From a virus (Duplodnaviria > Caudoviricetes), in IMG/VR virus record IMGVR_UViG_3300024249_000014, positions 1 through 43,361 of that record: 43,361 nt of DNA; one strand, written 5' to 3'. The first letter of the stretch is position 1. Every line of letters starts with the position of its first letter. The position numbers and the translations under genes were made by a program. The notes beneath the pieces were generated by a model that had not been told where the DNA came from, did not search any database, and saw only the letters and a program-made list of their open reading frames with translations. Shown here piece after piece: positions 1-9,760 of this stretch.

Positions 1-95
1 ATATTGCCGTGCAAATGCTGCTGAGCGAGGCCGAGGGGTTGGTGATTGCCGGGGATATACTGGCGAAGTATGATGATGCACGGATTGAGGAATAG
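1..95 (+). CDS. 3' part of a hypothetical protein that probably begins at 43239 (wraps around the window ends)
   Basis: Open frame ..IAVQMLLSEAEGLVIAGDILAKYDDARIEE* ending in TAG at 93-95, overlapping the AGGAG RBS of the next gene. Confidence 0.5.
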   Translation, partial: IAVQMLLSEAEGLVIAGDILAKYDDARIEE

Positions 96-104
96 GAGAG
101 TACT

Positions 105-344
105 ATGATTGTATTCAAAAGAAACCCTGCGAAGGAGATACGGGATATTCTGGATGAGACAGCCGGTGAAGAGATTGAATACGCTTTAATAGCTTTTCGT
201 AAGGGCGAGGGGCATAGCCCTGTATTGGTTACGAATATGAGTAAGAACCAATGCAAGGGGATGATTGCTGCAATTGGGAAGCATATAGCGAACCATGGAA
301 CCGTGGGGTCTATCCTGCGGCCCTATGATGGGGAGCTACATTAA
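105..344 (+). CDS. hypothetical protein
   Basis: 79-aa ORF with AGGAG RBS upstream, co-oriented with the packaging genes. Confidence 0.7.
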   Translation: MIVFKRNPAKEIRDILDETAGEEIEYALIAFRKGEGHSPVLVTNMSKNQCKGMIAAIGKHIANHGTVGSILRPYDGELH

Positions 345-345
345 T

Positions 346-359
346 GTATTCGCGAATAC
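346..359. promoter_or_regulatory. perfect palindrome GTATTCGCGAATAC, operator-like (copy 1)
   Basis: 14-bp palindrome in the intergenic gap upstream of terS; same palindrome at 3089-3102. Confidence 0.55.
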
Positions 360-409
360 CGAAAGTCATACCCTCTTTTAAAGAGTATATTCACGGCATA
401 TAAAGCGGC

Positions 410-904
410 ATGACGCTGCCGAGATGCCCCGAGACGGTGGAAGCGCTGGTGGAGGCCCTGTGTAAAAGCCACGGGGATTTGACCTCTGCGTGCAGAGAAT
501 GCGGGGTGAGCCTGAGAGCCGTGGTGGCATGGCTGGCGAATGACACGGAGGCCGCTGCGGCGGTCAAAGAGGCTCAGATGATTGGATGGGCCAGCTTGGA
601 ACATGCGGCCTATCAGAGAGCCGTGCATGGCGTCGAGAAGCCCGTATGGTTCAAGGGCGAGCAAGTCGGGACCGAGACGCATTATAGTGACGGGCTTCTG
701 GCGAAGATGTTGGACGCGAGGGTGCCGGGGTACGGCGAAAATCCGGTCAGTGGTGGGATGACTATTAATGTGGCGGTCATGCCAAGAGCCGAGACATACG
801 AGGAATGGCTTGGGCAACGAGAAGCCGCTCTGAAGCCCAAAATACTGGAAGCGGAATACGTGGAGGTTGGACCGGCTATTAATGGCCTTCCGGACGTACT
901 GTGA
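410..904 (+). CDS. terS: terminase small subunit
   Basis: N-terminal HTH-like segment; motif LEHAAYQRAVHGVEKPVWFKGEQVG..YSDGLL typical of TerS-like proteins; upstream of terL. Confidence 0.8.
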   Translation: MTLPRCPETVEALVEALCKSHGDLTSACRECGVSLRAVVAWLANDTEAAAAVKEAQMIGWASLEHAAYQRAVHGVEKPVWFKGEQVGTETHYSDGLLAKMLDARVPGYGENPVSGGMTINVAVMPRAETYEEWLGQREAALKPKILEAEYVEVGPAINGLPDVL

Positions 905-1059
905 TGCTGTCCGATGGAGACTTAAAACGGCTGGCTAAGGCAATCAGAGAGCGGAAGTCCGGAGTGACAACGGCAGAGAGTTTTATACCGCAACTGGTGG
1001 ATGAGATTTTGGAACTGAGGCGACTGGTCAATAAGCTGTATGACAGTGGGAAACCGTGA
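904..1059 (+). CDS. small hypothetical protein (51 aa, not in ORF track)
   Basis: MLSDGDLKRLAKAIRERKSG..LYDSGKP*; TGATG overlaps with both neighbours. Confidence 0.65.
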   Translation: MLSDGDLKRLAKAIRERKSGVTTAESFIPQLVDEILELRRLVNKLYDSGKP

Positions 1060-1334
1060 TGGAATACCCTAGGCGAGTTACCATAAACGACCCTATACTG
1101 GTATTTAGATGTAAGTGTGGGTTTGAGTGGTTAATGGCACCACTGGCCGGTACAATACAGCATAGTTCTCCTGTTAATGATGGGTTTTATTGCAATGAAT
1201 GTGGTAACATAGTATATCCCAAGTTTGCGTTGAATTTTACGTCTGCCGATCTTATTAAAGGGCCTGATGCTGTTCCGAAGCCTATTATAATATCACGAAA
1301 CCCGCCACAAATGCCAGAGGAAGGTATTAATTAG
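1059..1334 (+). CDS. putative Zn-ribbon protein
   Basis: CKCG...CNECG cysteine pairs; translationally coupled to the upstream ORF. Confidence 0.65.
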   Translation: MEYPRRVTINDPILVFRCKCGFEWLMAPLAGTIQHSSPVNDGFYCNECGNIVYPKFALNFTSADLIKGPDAVPKPIIISRNPPQMPEEGIN

Positions 1335-1341
1335 GTGGTAT

Positions 1342-2829
1342 ATGGTATGGGAGGCACAACCGGGTCCGCAAAGCCTAGCCATAAGTGCCCGGTTTGTCAC
1401 GGAGCTTTTATACGGGGGTGCCCGTGGTGGCGGGAAGAGTTCATTTCTGTTAGGGGATTATTTACAGGATGTAGAGCAAGGGCCTGGTTGGAAAGGCATC
1501 CTGTTCCGCAAGACGTACCCTGAGCTTGAAGAGATTATAAGCCAAGCTAAGGATATGTATTTGCCGCTAGGGGCAACGTGGAAAGTCAGTGATCGGATAT
1601 TCACATTTCCCACAGGAGCGACATTAAAGCTAAGGCACATCGACAGTGAAGATGATGCGATGTTGTACCAAGGCCATGAGTATTCATGGGTTGGCTTCGA
1701 TGAACTGGGAAATTTTCCAAGCCTAGCTGGCTATAATAAGCTTAAAGCCTGCCTACGTGGTACGAGTGACAAGGTGACACATAGGCGGATTAGGGCAACA
1801 GCAAACCCCGGAGGACCGGGGCACCATGCGGTAAAAAACTACTTTATCGACCATGCGCCAAATGGGTTTGAAATGATAACAAGCGCGGAAGGTAATACGC
1901 GCATGTTCATACCCGCCAAGGTCAGTGATAATAAGATATTAATGGCCGCTGATCCGCAGTATGTTGCAAGGCTTAGGGAGGTTGGTAGTCCTGAACTGGT
2001 GCGAGCATGGCTGGAAGGGGATTGGAATGTTATCACGGGTGCCTATTTCCCGGAGTTCTCTACTCTCCAGCACTGCATTGAGCCTTTTTCAGTCCCGGCT
2101 TACTGGCTTAAATTCATGGCTGGTGACTGGGGAAGCGCAAGCCCGTTTTCCTTTCACTGGTATGCCATATCCGATGGAACTATTAATATCCACGATTATA
2201 GACCACCTGATGCGCTCAGCTTTCTTAGAAGCCGCCCGCCGCGACTTATTCCAAAGGGCGCACTCATCGTCTATCGCGAATGGTACGGCCAACAGCCTAA
2301 TATGGTGAACGTAGGGCTGCGCTGGCCTGCGAGTCGGGTGGCCGAGGGGATCAAGGCACGGACGCCTCCGGGGGAGAAAGTGACGTTTCGGGTCATGGAC
2401 CCTAGTGCTTTCAAAGAGGACGGTGGGCCGAGTCATGCTGAGGTTATGGCGCGAGCAGGTGTTTATTTCAGACGAGCCGATAACACGCGACTCGCGGGGT
2501 GGAACGCAATCAGGGAAAGACTGACTGGTTTGGATGCGGACCCCGATGTAAACAACGGTGTCGGTACGCCGATGGTGTATATTTTCAACACTTGCGTTCA
2601 CTTGATCCGGACGTTGCCAGCATTACAGCATGATACCAAGAACCCGGAAGATTGCGACACAACGGGCGAGGATCATGCGCCTGATGATTTTAGATATGCT
2701 GCGATGGCACGGCCTTGGGTGCGACCTAGACCGTCTTTGCAGATACCACCTAAGACTATTCACGATGTAACGCTTGATGACTTATTCGAGGATCGCAAGA
2801 ACACTATTAATGTGTCCTATGGCATGTAG
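1342..2829 (+). CDS. terL: terminase large subunit
   Basis: Walker A GGARGGGKS, Walker B GFDEL, ATANPGG coupling motif, nuclease DWG and EDHAPDDFRY motifs. Confidence 0.95.
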   Translation: MVWEAQPGPQSLAISARFVTELLYGGARGGGKSSFLLGDYLQDVEQGPGWKGILFRKTYPELEEIISQAKDMYLPLGATWKVSDRIFTFPTGATLKLRHIDSEDDAMLYQGHEYSWVGFDELGNFPSLAGYNKLKACLRGTSDKVTHRRIRATANPGGPGHHAVKNYFIDHAPNGFEMITSAEGNTRMFIPAKVSDNKILMAADPQYVARLREVGSPELVRAWLEGDWNVITGAYFPEFSTLQHCIEPFSVPAYWLKFMAGDWGSASPFSFHWYAISDGTINIHDYRPPDALSFLRSRPPRLIPKGALIVYREWYGQQPNMVNVGLRWPASRVAEGIKARTPPGEKVTFRVMDPSAFKEDGGPSHAEVMARAGVYFRRADNTRLAGWNAIRERLTGLDADPDVNNGVGTPMVYIFNTCVHLIRTLPALQHDTKNPEDCDTTGEDHAPDDFRYAAMARPWVRPRPSLQIPPKTIHDVTLDDLFEDRKNTINVSYGM

Positions 2830-2990
2830 TGTGCGCGTAATACGTCCTCCGCTTCGTGACCCCATCCGGGGCCTTTGGCGCGCATGGCGTGAACCAGATC
2901 GGGTGCGAGTCGCAGCGTTACCGGAACTTTTTTCATTTCTATGGGCAATCGTGGCCGTCCGAGCGGTGTGGGCGTATGACCATCGGGCAT
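2817..2990 (-). CDS. BrnA-antitoxin-like ribbon-helix-helix protein (57 aa)
   Basis: GRPRLPIEMKKVPVTLRLAPDLVHAMRAKGPGW..VLR resembles the BrnA signature; ATG at 2990 preceded by GGAGG. Confidence 0.7.
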   Translation of the reverse strand: MPDGHTPTPLGRPRLPIEMKKVPVTLRLAPDLVHAMRAKGPGWGHEAEDVLRAHYMP

Positions 2991-3087
2991 ATACCATCCC
3001 TCCTGAATCCGTCCCCGTGAGCGGCAAAGAGTATTTGCGTATGCGGTAAAGTCAAATATATTTTCAGTATGCCGTAAAATCCTTTTG

Positions 3088-3103
3088 TGTATTCGCGAAT
3101 ACA
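3088..3103. promoter_or_regulatory. perfect palindrome TGTATTCGCGAATACA, operator-like (copy 2)
   Basis: 16-bp palindrome in the divergent gap between the BrnA-like gene and the portal gene. Confidence 0.55.
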
Positions 3104-3177
3104 TTATGTGCAGTTGTTATATTTATGACTTGCACAGATTGGCTCGTGCGCGTACCGATGTGCGCCGCGAGGACATT

Positions 3178-5559
3178 ATGGCTTCAAGGGCGGTTCCAGC
3201 TTCCAAGTATCCGCCGAAATCGGACACAACATCCGATGCTACTAATAGACGCGGCTATTGGGAAGAACAAATCCAGAAAGCCAACAAGCGTTGGGATGGT
3301 TTTGAAACTGATGGCGATGCTGTCGTTAACCGCTTCATGCTCGAATCTGGCTTTTCAGGCGACAAGTACAATATCCTATATTCGTCTACAGAAACAATCA
3401 AACCTTCGCTGTACGGACAAACCCCAAAAGTCCAAGTTAAAAACAGACAGCAAGATACAGAAGATAACATTAAAGTAGCTGCTGCGATGCTGCTAGAGCA
3501 GGTCGCACAATATGCCGTGGATATGCTTGATTTCGACTATGTGATGCAATGCACCGTGTCGGATTACGTGTTACCCGGTATAGGCGTTGTGTGGGTCCGC
3601 TATGATCCCAAATTCACTAAAACTTATGACAACGACAATAAGCCCGTTAAGAATGAGGACGGGAGCGATCAAGAAACCCTGTCATTCGAGGGGTTAGGGC
3701 TTGATTACGTCTTTTTCAAAGATTTCCGTTGTGGCCTAGCGCGCGATTGGCATGAAGTTCCGTGGATTTCACGCAAGGTCTACATGACCAAGCCGAAAGC
3801 GACTAAACGCTTTGGCAAAGAGAAAGCCGACAAGCTTGATTATTCCTTTAATAGCAAAGATAAAAAGCAGGGCAAGGATCAGAGCGCGCAAAAGCAGGCG
3901 ATCATATACGAGATATGGGACAAGGAAAATGCGGAAGTTGTATGGTTTTCAGAGGATTATCCGGACGATGTTATTGAAGTTCGGAGTGATCCCCTCAGGC
4001 TTGAAAACTTTTACCCATGCCCGCGTCCTTTACGGGCGGTATGGACTTCACGTAGTTTTATCCCGAAAGCCCTTTACAGCCAATACAAAGCGCAAGCTGC
4101 GGAACTGGATCGGCTGACAGAGCGCATTCGATATCTGACAGAGGCATTAAAGGTCAGGGGCGTATATGACGGGAGCCAAGCCAATCTAGCCAATGTGCTG
4201 GATGGTCCCGGTAATAAGATGATCCCCATACAAGACTGGACCGGGTTTATAGGGTCCGGTGGTATGGAAGGGGCGATCCAATGGGTGCCCATTAAAGACG
4301 TTGTGAACTGCCTCACGCAGTTGTTCCAGCAACGTGAGATATGTAAAAATGAAATATATGAGATTACTGGCTTTAGTGATATTGTTAGAGGTGTTTCTAA
4401 AGCTAGCGAGACACTGGGCGCGCAGGAAATTAAGTCTGACTGGGCCACTGGTAGGCTCAAGGATATGCAGCGTGAGGTACAGCGTTTTTGCCGTGATATT
4501 ATTAGGCTATTTGTCGAGATAGCGGCTGAGCATTTCAGTAAAGAGACATTAATGGTCTATAGCGGTATAACCGTACCGCCGCCGTCACCCGAAGAGATAC
4601 AGGCTCACCAACAGTATAGGCAGGCACAAGCGCAATTCTCGCAAGCCATGCAGCAATATCAGATGGTGGCTGCACAGGCTCAGCAACAGGGGCAACCACC
4701 GCCGCCACCGCCTGACCCGCCGAAAGACCCCGGCCCGACGCAAGGCCAACAAATTCAGATGATGTTCGATAAGGTCGTGGCGCTCATTCGCAAGGATAAG
4801 TTGCGCTGTGCCTCTATCGGCATTGAGACGGATTCGACGATCCTTCCGGACGAACAGAAGGAACGCGAAGATCGGATGCAATTCCTATCTAGCATGGGTG
4901 CATTTCTGCAACAGGCTGCACCGCTTGCTATGCAATACCCGGATATGCGTGGTTTGCTTGGCGGCATTATGATGTTTACCTTGCGGACATTCAGCGCAAG
5001 CCGTCCGTTGGAGAAAGAGTTTGAGATATTTCAACAGAAGCTTGCCGCACAACCACCTATGCCGCCTCCGGGTCAGAATGATGGACAAGCTGCTGCACAG
5101 TCTGCGCAACAAGTTGCAACTATTAAAGCGCAAACAGACCAACAGATTGCGGGCCAGTCGGATCAGACGAAACGTTATGAGATAGATACACGGGCGCGTG
5201 GCGAACAAGCCAAGATAGGCCAAGATCACGAATACCGTATGGCGCAATTGGCTTTGGAAAATAATAAGCTAAATCTTGAACGCCAGAAGCTTGGTTTGGA
5301 TACTTTGAGCCAAGAACGTGCGCATACGGTAGAGGCGCAGCGCACAGCCGTTGAAGCTATTAAAGGCGTACATAGTACTGTTGTTCAACAACAGAACGCA
5401 GAGGATCAGCGTCAACACGATGCTCAGCAAGCCGAGCTAGATCGCCAGCATGAAGGTGATTTGGCGTCATTAAAGCAAGAGTATGATGCCGAGAATATCG
5501 GTAGCCAGCAAGCGCATGAAGTGGAAATGGCGAATAAGACGAAGAAGGAAGGTGAGTGA
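3178..5559 (+). CDS. portal protein
   Basis: Large ORF following terL; [19 protein letters not shown] portal-like motif; long Q-rich helical C-terminus; start chosen at ATG 3178 (GAGGA RBS). Confidence 0.85.
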   Translation: MASRAVPASKYPPKSDTTSDATNRRGYWEEQIQKANKRWDGFETDGDAVVNRFMLESGFSGDKYNILYSSTETIKPSLYGQTPKVQVKNRQQDTEDNIKVAAAMLLEQVAQYAVDMLDFDYVMQCTVSDYVLPGIGVVWVRYDPKFTKTYDNDNKPVKNEDGSDQETLSFEGLGLDYVFFKDFRCGLARDWHEVPWISRKVYMTKPKATKRFGKEKADKLDYSFNSKDKKQGKDQSAQKQAIIYEIWDKENAEVVWFSEDYPDDVIEVRSDPLRLENFYPCPRPLRAVWTSRSFIPKALYSQYKAQAAELDRLTERIRYLTEALKVRGVYDGSQANLANVLDGPGNKMIPIQDWTGFIGSGGMEGAIQWVPIKDVVNCLTQLFQQREICKNEIYEITGFSDIVRGVSKASETLGAQEIKSDWATGRLKDMQREVQRFCRDIIRLFVEIAAEHFSKETLMVYSGITVPPPSPEEIQAHQQYRQAQAQFSQAMQQYQMVAAQAQQQGQPPPPPPDPPKDPGPTQGQQIQMMFDKVVALIRKDKLRCASIGIETDSTILPDEQKEREDRMQFLSSMGAFLQQAAPLAMQYPDMRGLLGGIMMFTLRTFSASRPLEKEFEIFQQKLAAQPPMPPPGQNDGQAAAQSAQQVATIKAQTDQQIAGQSDQTKRYEIDTRARGEQAKIGQDHEYRMAQLALENNKLNLERQKLGLDTLSQERAHTVEAQRTAVEAIKGVHSTVVQQQNAEDQRQHDAQQAELDRQHEGDLASLKQEYDAENIGSQQAHEVEMANKTKKEGE

Positions 5560-5690
5560 TGCCTTTGAAAAAGGGTAGCAGCCCCAAGGTTGTATCGCAT
5601 AATATTAAAACGGAAATCAAGGCTGGAAAGCCACAAAAACAAGCCGTTGCAATTGCTCTTAATAAAGCTGGTAAGAGCTATAAGAAATGA
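5559..5690 (+). CDS. small basic phage protein (43 aa, not in ORF track)
   Basis: [43 protein letters not shown]; widespread phage MPLKKG..QAVAIAL type; overlaps both neighbours. Confidence 0.8.
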   Translation: MPLKKGSSPKVVSHNIKTEIKAGKPQKQAVAIALNKAGKSYKK

Positions 5691-6070
5691 CCGATTTATT
5701 TGAATATCCAGCGGACTTTGTAGGGACACGACGCTACGTGAGCGTTCGCGGATATTCACGTTCTATCCCGCGATATAAGACTTTCCGTGGCAGTGACGGG
5801 TACAATTATGTCTTGCCTGAGTTCGGAGGAACGGAAAAGCCCTGTATCGCGGGTAGTTCGTATCTTATGCCAGATAAACAGCCGTATGTGTCTCCTATGG
5901 ACGGCAGTTATATTACTAGCCGTTCGACACATAGAGAGCATATGAAAAAGCATAATGTCATAGAAGCTGGCGATATGCCGGTAGGTTCTATACGCAGGGA
6001 GCGTGCTACGCCCATAGGCGAGGTTGCTAGGGATGTAGTGAACTCCATTCGGCAACTAGGAGGCCATTAA
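5687..6070 (+). CDS. conserved hypothetical protein of head module
   Basis: [24 protein letters not shown] motif; coupled between portal and scaffold. Confidence 0.75.
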   Translation: MTDLFEYPADFVGTRRYVSVRGYSRSIPRYKTFRGSDGYNYVLPEFGGTEKPCIAGSSYLMPDKQPYVSPMDGSYITSRSTHREHMKKHNVIEAGDMPVGSIRRERATPIGEVARDVVNSIRQLGGH

Positions 6071-7254
6071 TGGCTGACATAGCAGACGGCATTGATATTA
6101 CAACGGACCTGAACGGGCAGGCTCCCGATGCCGTTCCGGTCAATCAGGGTGATGTGTCGGTTGAGCAACGTCCGGTCGAGCGCGGTACGCCCCCGGCAGA
6201 CGACGCCGCTCCGGAGAAGCCCAAGAGCCTCCGTGATACGCTCTCTGACGCTTTCAAGGGGACCGAGGCCCCCAAGGTCGATCAAGCGCCTGAGACGCCC
6301 GCAGAAGCCAAACCGGAAGGTCCGGATTTGGTCAAGGTCGGAGAGCGATTTCACCGCCGCGATGGAAGCTTTGCCAGCAAGGACGAAATTGAAGCCTTTA
6401 ATGCGCCTAAAGGGGAGGCGGCTCCTGTGTCGCTTCCGCAATGGGCGACTGGTTTTACGGATTTAGAAAAGCAGCAATTCACCGCTTTACCGGCAGAAGT
6501 TCGGCAGTTTGTCGAGCGGACAATGGATGGCGTGAATAACCGTGGAGCGCAATACGACGAATATCAGTTGCTAGAACAGGTGTTGGGTCCGCGCCGTCAA
6601 GCGTGGGCACAGCAAGGCATGACGCCAGCGGTTGCTGTAAACCAACTGTTTGCGCTTTCTGATTTCGCGGGGCGTGATCCGGGTGAATTTGTGATGTGGT
6701 TTGCGGACCAACATAAATTAAACTTGGATGCGCTATTAGATGCGCGGGATGCCGCCAATAATGGTGGTGTTCCTAATCCACAAATCACTGGTTTGCAACA
6801 GGAGATAGCCGAGCTAAAAAACGTGATTAATGGATTTGCTAATACATCGGTGCAACAGCGCCATGCGCAGAATATGCAGTTAGTACAGTCGTTCATGGAT
6901 GAGAAAGATGCACAAGGACAATTGGTGCATCCGTATTTCAATGATCTGGCTAGCGACATATCCAGCCATGTAGCGATGATCCGGCAGCAACAGCCTTATT
7001 TGCCTGAACGCGATATTCTTAAAGCCGCCTATGATTTTGCAGCGTTTAACAACCCAACGGTTCGTAACGCTGTGCAGCAAAGTCAGGCGAAGGCCATACA
7101 GGATGCGAAGGTAGCCGAGGCAGCGCGGGCACGACAGGTGGGAGTTTCTATTAATGGCGGTCCCGCAGGGGATACAAGCAAGCAGCCTAACAATGCAAAT
7201 CGTACCCTCCGTGAAGAACTTAGACACGCATATAACCAAAGCGTGCAAGGATAA
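6070..7254 (+). CDS. capsid scaffolding protein
   Basis: Acidic disordered N-terminus, helical body, directly upstream of the major capsid gene. Confidence 0.75.
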   Translation: MADIADGIDITTDLNGQAPDAVPVNQGDVSVEQRPVERGTPPADDAAPEKPKSLRDTLSDAFKGTEAPKVDQAPETPAEAKPEGPDLVKVGERFHRRDGSFASKDEIEAFNAPKGEAAPVSLPQWATGFTDLEKQQFTALPAEVRQFVERTMDGVNNRGAQYDEYQLLEQVLGPRRQAWAQQGMTPAVAVNQLFALSDFAGRDPGEFVMWFADQHKLNLDALLDARDAANNGGVPNPQITGLQQEIAELKNVINGFANTSVQQRHAQNMQLVQSFMDEKDAQGQLVHPYFNDLASDISSHVAMIRQQQPYLPERDILKAAYDFAAFNNPTVRNAVQQSQAKAIQDAKVAEAARARQVGVSINGGPAGDTSKQPNNANRTLREELRHAYNQSVQG

Positions 7255-7266
7255 AGGGATTACGAT

Positions 7267-8235
7267 ATGCCTAGCCCCAATGTAAGCGAGATTGTCACTA
7301 CGACTCTCGAAAACCGCAGCAAGAAGCTTGCGGATAACGTCACGAACAACAATGCGCTTTTACATCGTCTTGAAGGGAAGGGTAAAATCCGTCCTGCCGA
7401 TGGCGGTACGAAAATCGACCAAGAGTTAGAATACGGCGAGAACGGTACATTCACATGGTATTCGGGGTACGATACCCTTAATATCAGCCCTAGTGATGTG
7501 CTGACGATGGCGCAGTTCGATTGGAAACAGTGCGCAGTTGCTGTTACAATGTCGGGCTTAGAGGAATTGCAGAATAGCGGCCAAGAGAAGCTGATTGACC
7601 TTTTGGATGCTCGCATAAGCAACGCCGAAAAGACCATGGAAAACAAGATGGCGGCGGCGGTGTACGGCGATGGAACGGCAGCAACGGGTAAGGCTATTGG
7701 TGGCCTTGGTCTTATTGTTGCTGATACTGGCGTTGGTATTGTCGGCGGTATTGATGCCGGTACATGGGCCTTCTGGAAAAATCAAGCTTTTGACGCAACA
7801 ACGGATGGCGGTGCAGCCGCGACTACCGCAAATATTCTTCAATACATGAATTTGATGTGGTTGAAGCTTGTTCGCGGTACGGATCGGCCTGATTTGATTG
7901 TAGCTGATAATGCCTATTACATGCTCTATTGGGGTGCCTTGCTTCCTAACCAGCGGTTTACGTCTCCGGACATGGCTCAGGCTGGTTTTGAGAGTCTAAA
8001 GTATATGAGCGCCGATGTTGTCTTTGACGGCGGCATGGGTGGGGCTTGTCCTGCAAACCATATGTATTTTCTGAATACGGATTATATCTATATGCGTCCG
8101 CATTCAGATAGGCAGTATGTACCGCTTAATCCCGATCGTTATACGAACAATCAGGATGCTTTTGTGAAGCTCATCGGGTGGGCGGGCAACCTTACGACTT
8201 CGGGTCGAAAATTTCAGGGAATCCTAAAGGATTAA
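7267..8235 (+). CDS. major capsid protein
   Basis: 322 aa; TTLENRSKKLADNVTNNNALL..GGTKIDQELEY resembles podovirus-type major capsid proteins; position after scaffold. Confidence 0.9.
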   Translation: MPSPNVSEIVTTTLENRSKKLADNVTNNNALLHRLEGKGKIRPADGGTKIDQELEYGENGTFTWYSGYDTLNISPSDVLTMAQFDWKQCAVAVTMSGLEELQNSGQEKLIDLLDARISNAEKTMENKMAAAVYGDGTAATGKAIGGLGLIVADTGVGIVGGIDAGTWAFWKNQAFDATTDGGAAATTANILQYMNLMWLKLVRGTDRPDLIVADNAYYMLYWGALLPNQRFTSPDMAQAGFESLKYMSADVVFDGGMGGACPANHMYFLNTDYIYMRPHSDRQYVPLNPDRYTNNQDAFVKLIGWAGNLTTSGRKFQGILKD

Positions 8236-8309
8236 TGGTTCACCCGGCGCGTCCCTATCCCTCTTAGATCGCGACCGATGGTGAAGAAGGACTGGCAGTA
8301 GTCGGTCGG

Positions 8310-8347
8310 TGTTACCGGAGAGTTTATAGCCATTCTCTCCGGTAACA
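8310..8347 (+). other. stem-loop downstream of capsid gene (attenuator or mRNA-stabilising hairpin)
   Basis: 13-bp perfect inverted repeat TGTTACCGGAGAG / CTCTCCGGTAACA; no long U tract. Confidence 0.55.
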
Positions 8348-8363
8348 TTCTAGGAGACTATTA

Positions 8364-9035
8364 ATGGATAATAATTTAATGATCGAAGGCTTGGCACCGG
8401 GTCCGGATGGGACGTTGCTCCGGTTCTTCTACGATAGCGCGAAGAACGAAAGAGCGTCTATTAATGAGGGTCGGGCTATCTTCGATACGGTGCTGTATGC
8501 GGACGTGATCGCACCGGGGCAAGGTTCTAGCACGCCACGTTTCGAGTTGGAGCGGGTTTGGTCGGAGCAGTCCATTAATGCACTAGGATTGGTCGAGCCT
8601 TATCGGCGCTCAGCCAAGTATGAAGAGTTTTTCGATCAAGTCGAGAAGTTCAAGCGGCTTGAAGGTGATATGGACCTAGGCGGTACACCTTTAAAAATGT
8701 GGCCGCGCATTGATCGCGGTCTAGCAGCAACGCTGGCATCGCTGAATATTCTTACGGTCGAGCATCTAGCCGGGGTGCCCGATTCCGCGCTGGACCGGAT
8801 CGGGATGGGCGCACGGGCCTTGCGGGATCAAGCCCGGTCATTCCTCGATACGGCGGGTGGGAGTCGTGAAGTCTCGCAGCTTACCGAGCGTGCTACGGCG
8901 GCAGAAGCCGAGGCCCAACGGCTGCAAGCGGACCTGATCACCGCCAATGCCGAACTTCGCGTGATGCAGGCTCGTGTCGCGCAGTTGGAACAGGGTGCAG
9001 ACCAAGCGAAGAAACCATCTAAATCTTTAGTCTAA
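8364..9035 (+). CDS. conserved hypothetical protein with C-terminal coiled coil
   Basis: AGGAG RBS; HhH-like TVEHLAGVPDSALDRIGMG segment; heptad C-terminus. Confidence 0.75.
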   Translation: MDNNLMIEGLAPGPDGTLLRFFYDSAKNERASINEGRAIFDTVLYADVIAPGQGSSTPRFELERVWSEQSINALGLVEPYRRSAKYEEFFDQVEKFKRLEGDMDLGGTPLKMWPRIDRGLAATLASLNILTVEHLAGVPDSALDRIGMGARALRDQARSFLDTAGGSREVSQLTERATAAEAEAQRLQADLITANAELRVMQARVAQLEQGADQAKKPSKSLV

Positions 9036-9044
9036 GAGGCTGGT

Positions 9045-9758
9045 ATGTCGCTACTCAGCATTGTTAAATCCGTAATGGACAGCAACGGGTGGCAACAGCC
9101 TGTCACTACCGTATCGTCGTCCAATGATCAGAATATGCGGCAGTGCTACGCTCTAGCGAATAAGGCATTAATGTACGTGTCGTATAAGAATGATTGGCCG
9201 GTGCTTATACGGGAAAATAAGTTCACAACGGTTGCTGATCAGACAGACTATCCGCTTCCGGTCGATTTTCACCATTTGGTTGCGCCTAGCGCCATGAACG
9301 CTAGTCAGTATTATGAGTTAAAGGGACAATTAACGCCGCTCCAATGGTATAGGCGAGCGCTTCAAGGTTCGATTGATTGGACGGATGGATTTCGGATTGA
9401 TGCGTTTGGCAAAACGTTACAGGTAGCACCAGCGCCCGCAGGCGGCGATGATCTTGTGTTCATGTATGTTACGTCTAATGTAGCGTTGGATGTTAACAAC
9501 AATCCTATTAAACGCTACACACAGGATACTGATACGGCGCTTGTAGACGAGGATGTTATTGAACTTGATCTACAATGGCGTTGGCGTCAGAAAAAGGGTT
9601 TGGATTACACAGCCGAGATAGCTGAATTGTCAGGGGCATTAAGATCGCGCTATGCTCAGTATCTAGGTTTTGGCGAACTTCCTGTTGGCGGGCCTTCGCC
9701 GATTAATCCGCTTACGCAACCGTCAACGGGTAATTGGTATCCGCAACCGAGTACTTAA
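9045..9758 (+). CDS. head-tail adaptor protein
   Basis: Size, position and YPLPVDF motif typical of podovirus adaptors. Confidence 0.7.
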   Translation: MSLLSIVKSVMDSNGWQQPVTTVSSSNDQNMRQCYALANKALMYVSYKNDWPVLIRENKFTTVADQTDYPLPVDFHHLVAPSAMNASQYYELKGQLTPLQWYRRALQGSIDWTDGFRIDAFGKTLQVAPAPAGGDDLVFMYVTSNVALDVNNNPIKRYTQDTDTALVDEDVIELDLQWRWRQKKGLDYTAEIAELSGALRSRYAQYLGFGELPVGGPSPINPLTQPSTGNWYPQPST

Positions 9759-9760
9759 AT

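Noticed and set aside
3085-3177. Longer portal N-terminus given in the ORF track
   Set aside because: No RBS at 3085; the region holds the palindrome; ATG 3178 has a GAGGA RBS
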